From positions 1 to 50,269 of the forward strand of contig JAGNUZ010000001.1 in NCBI GenBank assembly GCA_017986765.1: a stretch of DNA of 50,269 nucleotides, read 5' to 3'. The DNA comes from Paludibacteraceae bacterium (GTDB lineage: Bacteria > Bacteroidota > Bacteroidia > Bacteroidales > Paludibacteraceae). This document shows positions 44,294 to 50,269 of this stretch, piece after piece. Position numbers and translations under genes: made by a program. The notes beneath the pieces are model-generated. The model did not search any database. It worked only from the letters and a program-made list of their open reading frames with translations, and was not told where the DNA came from. Numbering within the stretch: the stretch's first letter is position 1; every line of letters starts with the position of its first letter.

Positions 44294-45172
44294 ATGAGAA
44301 AAACGTATTATCATCTAATTATCATAGGGCTATTCTTTTTTGCTACCTCAATAAGTGCACAAGAAGGTGGTGCATCATTCTTCGACGATAATGGAGAGAT
44401 TGCTACCAATATCCCAACTAGTGTCTCTCTAGAAGATAGAAAACCAATAGAATACAACAATCCTCGTGCAGATGATATTATTTGGCAAAAGGTCGTATAT
44501 CGTATTATTGACTTGAGAGAAAAAATGAACTTTCCTTTGTATTTCCCTGTGATAGCAACTGATAATCGTCAAAGTTTATTTACAACAATTTTTCGTTTAG
44601 TAGAGAAAGACAGTATTAAGGTTTATGCATATGAAGATAATAAAGAAATCTTTACGGATGCTAAATTAACTACGTTTGATAAAGTGTTTGGCAACTACAT
44701 GGTCCGTCCAACAGAAATAGACTCTATTAGTGGCGATACTGTAATGAAACCATTTGATGAAAGTGATATTCCAACTACAGAAGTAATGAAATACTATGTG
44801 AAAGAAGTATGGTATTTTGATAAGCACAATTCTCATTTTAATGTACGTATTATGGCTATATGTCCGATATGGTACAGAGATGACTATGACTTAGGAATAC
44901 AAAAAACACCGTTATTCTGGATACCGTTTGATATGTTGAGACCTTATTTAGCACAAAGCGAAGTGTTGGTTTCTGACAGAAACAACGGTGCTAGAGAAAC
45001 GATGGATGATTTATTCATTAAACGTAGATTTAGTAGTTACATCTTCAAAGAATCAAGCACGCGTAATCGAAACTTACTGCAATACAACAGCACTGCTGAG
45101 CAAATGCACAAAGAACAAGAACGCATTCGAAACGAGGTATATAATTTCGAGCAAGATTTGTGGGAATACTAG
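44294..45172 (+). CDS. porN: T9SS ring protein PorN/GldN
   Basis: Signal peptide, then RADDIIWQKVVYRIIDLREKMNFPLYFP, the GldN signature. It is the last gene of the porPKLMN block. Confidence 0.88.
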   Translation: MRKTYYHLIIIGLFFFATSISAQEGGASFFDDNGEIATNIPTSVSLEDRKPIEYNNPRADDIIWQKVVYRIIDLREKMNFPLYFPVIATDNRQSLFTTIFRLVEKDSIKVYAYEDNKEIFTDAKLTTFDKVFGNYMVRPTEIDSISGDTVMKPFDESDIPTTEVMKYYVKEVWYFDKHNSHFNVRIMAICPIWYRDDYDLGIQKTPLFWIPFDMLRPYLAQSEVLVSDRNNGARETMDDLFIKRRFSSYIFKESSTRNRNLLQYNSTAEQMHKEQERIRNEVYNFEQDLWEY

Positions 45173-45186
45173 AAATAGAGCTATAG

Positions 45187-45228
45187 AAAACAAGAAAGTC
45201 GCTGTTAGTACAGCGACTTTCTTGTTTT
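45187..45228 (+). terminator. Strong intrinsic terminator of the porP-porN operon
   Basis: AAAACAAGAAAGTCGCTG - TTAGTA - CAGCGACTTTCTTGTTTT forms a perfect 18-bp stem, 15 nt after the porN stop and ending in a T-run. Confidence 0.85.
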
Positions 45229-45294
45229 ACTTATATTTTGTTAAATTAGAGCCAATAAAAAATAATTAAAAGCTTATAATAAAGAGATAATCAG

Positions 45295-45302
45295 TATATT
45301 TG
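45295..45302 (+). promoter_or_regulatory. -7 promoter box (TATATTTG) for DUF6089-uppS-bamA
   Basis: TAnnTTTG match 68 nt upstream of ATG 45371. Confidence 0.4.
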
Positions 45303-45370
45303 CTGTCTGAATACAATTAAAAAACAGGAGAAAACGCTTGGTTATAACTATACGCACAAAGGAATAAACA

Positions 45371-46069
45371 ATGAAGAATATCACAGGAAATAAGCGTTAT
45401 ATCCTATTTTGTATTTTCGCAGCATTTTATTCAATAACAAGCGCACAGTATAATCACGAGATAGGTATATCTGGGGGAACATCTTTTTATTTAGGAGATG
45501 CTAATCAGAGTACACCTTTTCATACAACAGATTTTGCGTATGGTGGTTTTTATTTATACAATATAAACACACGCTATGCTTTAAAGGCACAAGTCTTGGT
45601 TGCTGAAATAGAAGGAGATAGTCGGGATTTTAATTATATATTCCCCAACAATCAAATAGGTTATTTTAATAGACAATTAGTTGATATCGGATTAAATCTT
45701 CAATTCAATTTTTTCGATTTAGGGCAATCACGCTATTATAATAGTCGCAATATGATTTCTCCATATTTTACCATAGGAATAGGTTATTTGGCTTATAACA
45801 ATATGTTTGTGGGTGATAATGTATATAAATTCACAATTCCCGTAGGTATTGGTGGAAAATGGAAAATCACCAAACGCTTGAATCTGGGTGTAGAGTGGAA
45901 GATAAACAAACTTTTTGTAGATGATTTAGATGTTACCAACAATGAAAGCAAAATATTAAACAATCCATATCAAACAAATACAATCTCCTTTTTTGATACA
46001 GATTGGTATTCTGCAGCAACTGTTAGTTTATCCTATAATCTCTTTAATACCCGAAAATTTTGTCGATAA
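45371..46069 (+). CDS. DUF6089-like outer-membrane beta-barrel protein
   Basis: Signal peptide then AQYNHEIGISGGTSFYLGDAN... with an 8-strand-like pattern. The position upstream of uppS-bamA is typical of this family in Bacteroidota. Confidence 0.6.
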   Translation: MKNITGNKRYILFCIFAAFYSITSAQYNHEIGISGGTSFYLGDANQSTPFHTTDFAYGGFYLYNINTRYALKAQVLVAEIEGDSRDFNYIFPNNQIGYFNRQLVDIGLNLQFNFFDLGQSRYYNSRNMISPYFTIGIGYLAYNNMFVGDNVYKFTIPVGIGGKWKITKRLNLGVEWKINKLFVDDLDVTNNESKILNNPYQTNTISFFDTDWYSAATVSLSYNLFNTRKFCR

Positions 46070-46815
46070 TGCATATGAATGAATCCTTAGAAAATCTCGA
46101 TACAACAAACATCCCTGCTCACGTAGCAATTATTATGGATGGAAATGGACGTTGGGCAAAGCAATGTGGTAAAAATAGATTATATGGGCATCAAAACGCC
46201 ATTCTAGCGATACGACAAAGCACTGAGTTCGCTGCTGAAATTGGCATCAAGTATTTAACTTTATATGCGTTCTCTAACGAAAACTGGTGCAGACCTGAAG
46301 CCGAAGTACAAGGCTTAATGGAGTTGCTTATCCTTACAATTGAAGCTGAAACACCAACCTTACACAAAAACAATGTGCGACTACTTTCTATCGGCGATAC
46401 AAACCGTTTACCCGACGATGCTCACCAGCGTTTGGCGAAATGTATCGAAACAACATCTCAAAATACAGGGCTTTCGTTGGTATTAGCACTCAGCTACTCT
46501 TCCAGATGGGAAATTGTAGAAGCAACGAAACAAATAGCTCTTAAACTGAAAAGAGATTTAATATCTCCCGAAGATATTACTGAAGAGTTATTCTCTTCTT
46601 ATTTAACAACCCACTCTATACCCGACCCCGATTTATTAATTCGCACAAGCGGAGAATACCGTATTAGTAATTTTTTGCTGTGGCAAATATCCTATGCCGA
46701 ATTATATTTCTCCCCTATTTTCTGGCCTGATTTTACAAAAGACGATTTTAAAAAAGCATTGCTTGACTACCAACAACGAGAACGTAGATATGGCAAAACA
46801 AGTGATCAAGTATAA
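46069..46815 (+). CDS. uppS: Isoprenyl transferase (undecaprenyl diphosphate synthase)
   Basis: HVAIIMDGNGRWA, LTLYAFSNENW and RTSGEYRISNFLLWQ motifs. I prefer ATG 46069 (TAATG overlap with the upstream stop) over the ORF-track TTG at 46060. Confidence 0.9.
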   Translation: MHMNESLENLDTTNIPAHVAIIMDGNGRWAKQCGKNRLYGHQNAILAIRQSTEFAAEIGIKYLTLYAFSNENWCRPEAEVQGLMELLILTIEAETPTLHKNNVRLLSIGDTNRLPDDAHQRLAKCIETTSQNTGLSLVLALSYSSRWEIVEATKQIALKLKRDLISPEDITEELFSSYLTTHSIPDPDLLIRTSGEYRISNFLLWQISYAELYFSPIFWPDFTKDDFKKALLDYQQRERRYGKTSDQV

Positions 46816-46824
46816 TTCTGAAAA

Positions 46825-49428
46825 ATGAAAAAAAATAATATCAATACCATTACGAAACACACTATTAGCATAGTATGCTTTTGGTTTCTTATACACTTAC
46901 ACTTGCTAGCACAAGATTCAACTAACTATGTGCTAGATTATCAAAATCCACAAGAGTACGAAATAGCAGATATTTCCGTATCTGGATATCACCATTACGA
47001 ACAAACTGTATTGATAGGTATATCTGGCTTATCTGTAGGGGGAAAATTAACTCTCCCTAGCGAAGAAACCGCTAATATTGTAAAACGATATTGGAAACAG
47101 GGATTATTCTCGAACGTAAGACTAGAAGTAAAATCAGTATTTGACAACAAAGTGTGGTTAAATTTGCACATTGACCAATTGCCAAAAGTCTCCGAAATTA
47201 ATGTACACGGAGTAAAAAAAACAGAAAAAGAGGATATATTAAAAGAAATTCCTCTATCTGTAGGAAATCAACTTAGCCCATTTATTGTTGAAAAAACAAA
47301 TACATTCATTCGTAATTATTTTATAGAAAAGGGGTATTATTTAGCGGAAGTAAATACATACAACCGTGACAACTTATCGCAACTCAACACGGCCATTATT
47401 GACATATACGTCAACAAAAAGTCAAAGATGAAAGTAGATAGACTCAAAATTGATGGAAATAATCATTTGAGTACCCGCAAGATTGATAAGGTAATGAAAA
47501 AAACAAATGACAAGCACAATATTTGGAACTTATTTAGAAGTAAAAAATACATACCTACGGAATACGAAAGTGATAAAAGTGCATTAATTGAAAAATACAA
47601 TGAACTAGGATACAGAGATGCACGTATCATTGCAGACAGCGTGTATGTAAACGAAGGGAAAAAAACACTAACGGTTGAAATTAATGTAGAGGAAGGAAAG
47701 CAATATTTCTTCGGAGATATAACATGGGTGGGTAACTCCATATACTCGACCGAAACACTTGAACGAAGCCTAAACATACCCAGTGGAAGTACGTTTAATC
47801 AGAAGCTCCTCAACGAACGTATATACGACGATGAAGATGGTATCAATAATTTATATTTGAATAATGGATACTTATTTTTCAACCTTCAATTGATAGAAAG
47901 CAACGTAAGAGACAGCATTATAGATTTTGAAATACGCATTAACGAAGGTAAGCAAGCACGTATCAATAAAGTAAATATAGTGGGTAGCGATATCTTATAC
48001 GAAAACGTAGTGCGCCGCGAACTCCGCACCAAACCTGGCGACTTATTTAGCAAAGCAGACATTATGCGTTCAATGCGCGAAATTGGTAGCACGGGGCATT
48101 TTGCAACTGAAGAGGGTAAAATGGACATCCAAGTAAACCCAAATATGAGCGATGGAACAGTCGATTTAACCTACGTATTGGAATCCAAACGAAACGACCA
48201 AATAGAATTATCGGCAGGATACGGACAAACAAGTATCGTGGGTATTTTAAGTTTGAAATTCACCAATTTCTCGATACAAAACATGTTTGATTTCTCAAAA
48301 TACAGACCTCTACCTCAAGGTGATGGACAAACGCTTACGTTGAAAGCTCAAACCAATGGTTCGTACTATCAAGCATACAGTGTGTCCTTCCTCGAACCTT
48401 GGTTAGGGGGTAAAAGACCAAACTCATTGTCACTTTCAGCCTATTATTCTATTCAATCGGGCGTAAGTAGCACCTATAATTCTTCTTACAGCAGCTCCTA
48501 TAATAGTTATTATGATAGTGATAGCGATAACTATAATAGTTATTACGCCTCTAGTTACGACCCTGATAAATATATTAAAACATTAGGTATTTCTGGCGGA
48601 TTGGGTACACGTCTAAATTGGCCTGATGATTATTTCTCAATATACGGACAAGTTTCGTATCAAAATTACCAATTAAGCAACTGGGACTATTTTGCTTTTG
48701 CAACAGGAAAAGCTAATAACTTAAACTTTTCTGTTACCTTAAATCGAAATTCATTGGATCAGCCCATCTATACACGTTCGGGTTCTGATGTTTCTATTTC
48801 GGCAACCTCTACACTCCCTTACTCTTTATTTGACAGACAAGATTACAGCACGATGGCTGATACAGATAAATATAAATGGATAGAATATTACAAAATCAAG
48901 CTACACGCTAAAATGTTTACCCCTATTTCTAATGATGGGAAAATGGTATTATATAGCCGTGCAGAATATGGATTCCTTGGTTATTTCAATAAAGATAAAC
49001 GCTCACCATTTGAAACTTTTTACGTAGGTGGTGACGGGATAACAGGATACAGCAGTACATACGCTACGGAAACGATATCGCTAAGAGGCTATACAAATGG
49101 GTCTCTTACGCCTTATTACGACAATGGCGGTCAAGCAGGTAATATGTACAGCAAACTGTCTATGGAATTAAGATACCCATTATTGCTCGAGGAAACATCC
49201 GTTATTTGGGCTCTAGGCTTCGTAGAGGCCGGCAACGCTTGGAAAGATTTTCAGGATTTCAATCCTTTTAACTTAAAACGTTCAGCAGGGGTAGGTATTC
49301 GATTATATATGCCTATGTTCGGATTACTGGGTATAGATTGGGCGTATGGGTTTGATCAAGACAATGCTATAAGAAGTGTCGGACCGAGTGGAACAAAGTT
49401 CCATTTTGTTATTGGTCGTGAGTTTTAG
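46825..49428 (+). CDS. bamA: Outer membrane protein assembly factor BamA
   Basis: 867 aa with N-terminal POTRA repeats and a C-terminal Omp85 barrel ending ...KFHFVIGREF. Conserved uppS-bamA-skp synteny. Confidence 0.9.
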   Translation: MKKNNINTITKHTISIVCFWFLIHLHLLAQDSTNYVLDYQNPQEYEIADISVSGYHHYEQTVLIGISGLSVGGKLTLPSEETANIVKRYWKQGLFSNVRLEVKSVFDNKVWLNLHIDQLPKVSEINVHGVKKTEKEDILKEIPLSVGNQLSPFIVEKTNTFIRNYFIEKGYYLAEVNTYNRDNLSQLNTAIIDIYVNKKSKMKVDRLKIDGNNHLSTRKIDKVMKKTNDKHNIWNLFRSKKYIPTEYESDKSALIEKYNELGYRDARIIADSVYVNEGKKTLTVEINVEEGKQYFFGDITWVGNSIYSTETLERSLNIPSGSTFNQKLLNERIYDDEDGINNLYLNNGYLFFNLQLIESNVRDSIIDFEIRINEGKQARINKVNIVGSDILYENVVRRELRTKPGDLFSKADIMRSMREIGSTGHFATEEGKMDIQVNPNMSDGTVDLTYVLESKRNDQIELSAGYGQTSIVGILSLKFTNFSIQNMFDFSKYRPLPQGDGQTLTLKAQTNGSYYQAYSVSFLEPWLGGKRPNSLSLSAYYSIQSGVSSTYNSSYSSSYNSYYDSDSDNYNSYYASSYDPDKYIKTLGISGGLGTRLNWPDDYFSIYGQVSYQNYQLSNWDYFAFATGKANNLNFSVTLNRNSLDQPIYTRSGSDVSISATSTLPYSLFDRQDYSTMADTDKYKWIEYYKIKLHAKMFTPISNDGKMVLYSRAEYGFLGYFNKDKRSPFETFYVGGDGITGYSSTYATETISLRGYTNGSLTPYYDNGGQAGNMYSKLSMELRYPLLLEETSVIWALGFVEAGNAWKDFQDFNPFNLKRSAGVGIRLYMPMFGLLGIDWAYGFDQDNAIRSVGPSGTKFHFVIGREF

Positions 49429-49491
49429 TTAAATTATCCAAAACAAATCAAACGTTTGCCCCATTAGCACAGTCTGTACGATAAGATAATA

Positions 49492-49499
49492 TATATTTG
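49492..49499 (+). promoter_or_regulatory. -7 promoter box (TATATTTG) for skp/ompH
   Basis: TAnnTTTG match 38 nt upstream of ATG 49538. Confidence 0.4.
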
Positions 49500-49537
49500 C
49501 TAAAGAAATAAGTTGTAACTAAAAAAAATAAAAAGAC

Positions 49538-50056
49538 ATGAAAAAAACACTTCTAATCCTGTCGGGCATTATAGCCCTCAGCTTCAGCACAATGCAAGCA
49601 CAACGTTTTGCATTAGTCGATATTGAATATATTTTGCAACAAGTACCAAACTACGAAGCTGCCACAGAGCAACTAAACCAAAGTTCCAAACAATGGGAGA
49701 AAGAAATAGCAGCACTTACTACTGAAGCACAAACTTTGTATAAGAATTACCAAACAGAAATGGTGTTTTTATCAGACGAAATGAAAGTAAAACGTGAAGA
49801 AGCCATTATCGCAAAAGAAAAAGAAGCCATGGACTTAAAACGCACTTATTTTGGTGCTGATGGAGAATTGTTTAAGAAACGAGAAAGCTTATTAAAACCC
49901 ATCCAAGAAGAAATATACAATGCGGTAAAAGAACTTTCTGAAAGTAAAAACTTACAATTAATTTTAGACCGCTCATCGAGCACTGGCATTATATTTGCTT
50001 CTCCCACGATAGACATTAGCGACGAAGTACTACAACGAATGGGATACCAACAATAA
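49538..50056 (+). CDS. skp: OmpH/Skp-family periplasmic chaperone
   Basis: Signal peptide, then RFALVDIEYILQQ and a long coiled-coil K/E-rich body. Directly downstream of bamA. Confidence 0.85.
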   Translation: MKKTLLILSGIIALSFSTMQAQRFALVDIEYILQQVPNYEAATEQLNQSSKQWEKEIAALTTEAQTLYKNYQTEMVFLSDEMKVKREEAIIAKEKEAMDLKRTYFGADGELFKKRESLLKPIQEEIYNAVKELSESKNLQLILDRSSSTGIIFASPTIDISDEVLQRMGYQQ

Positions 50057-50101
50057 CAGATACAAACACCTCTCTAAGTAACAATTATAAAAAATAAAGA
50101 C

Positions 50102-50269
50102 ATGAAAAAAAGTATTCTTATTGCCTTGTGCATTACCTTATCGCTATCCGTATTTGCACAAACAAACGAGACCCCAAAATTTGGGCATATCAATAAACAA
50201 GATGTATTTGCATTGTTACCTGAGGCAGATGCTGCCATGAAAGAGTTAGAAGCATTACTCTTAAACTAT
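50102..50269 (+). CDS. Second OmpH/Skp-family chaperone, N-terminal fragment (runs off the window)
   Basis: Hand translation MKKSILIALCITLSLSVFAQTNETPKFGHINKQDVFALLPEADAAMKELEALLLNY. In frame to the last base. Tandem skp paralogues are usual after bamA in Bacteroidota. Confidence 0.75.
   Translation, partial: MKKSILIALCITLSLSVFAQTNETPKFGHINKQDVFALLPEADAAMKELEALLLNY

Noticed and set aside
1-50269. Search for CRISPR arrays, tRNA/rRNA genes, transposases, integrases, toxin-antitoxin pairs or defence-system signatures across the window.
   Set aside because: I found no spaced direct repeats, no tRNA-like T-arm (GGTTCGAATCC-type) sequence in any spacer, no intergenic gap larger than about 230 nt without an explanation, and no recombinase-like or nuclease/ATPase defence-like ORFs. 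The window looks like core chromosome.

Overview
This is an AT-rich, densely coding chromosomal segment with about 47 protein genes and very short spacers. I saw no rRNA, tRNA, CRISPR array, transposase, integrase or phage gene. Gene content and the recurring TAnnTTTG -7 promoter boxes (often TACCTTTG), with no Shine-Dalgarno sequences, point to Bacteroidota, probably a Bacteroidales-like organism with a type IX secretion system (T9SS). Most of the window is housekeeping: lptF/G, ruvA, a Na+/alanine symporter, mlaEF, xth, mutL, gltX, waaA, rpsA, uvrA, ispH, cmk, tonB, hflX, uppS, bamA and tandem skp/ompH. Three T9SS loci are interleaved with these genes: sprA/sov (2469 aa), porQ, and a complete porP-porK-porL-porM-porN operon. 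One cargo gene with a T9SS C-terminal sorting domain is also present. I found no obvious defence island or mobile accessory region, so I do not claim a dramatic new system. The best candidate for something undescribed is a small regulatory module at 21.7-25.6 kb. It consists of a hemerythrin-like protein co-transcribed with a LuxR-type regulator whose receiver domain lacks the phospho-acceptor Asp, followed by two copies of a 16-bp dyad at the promoter of a fused feoAB ferrous-iron transporter. Other points worth a look:
- Two real-looking mini-genes are missing from the ORF track: a 35-aa rubredoxin-like protein and a 58-aa FeoB-associated Cys-rich membrane protein.
- A C4-tract frameshift cuts the signal peptide off an outer-membrane beta-barrel gene.
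- sprA appears to start at TTG, 21 nt after ruvA.
- BamA carries a Ser/Tyr/Asn/Asp low-complexity insert.

All family assignments come from reading motifs by eye. No database search was run.
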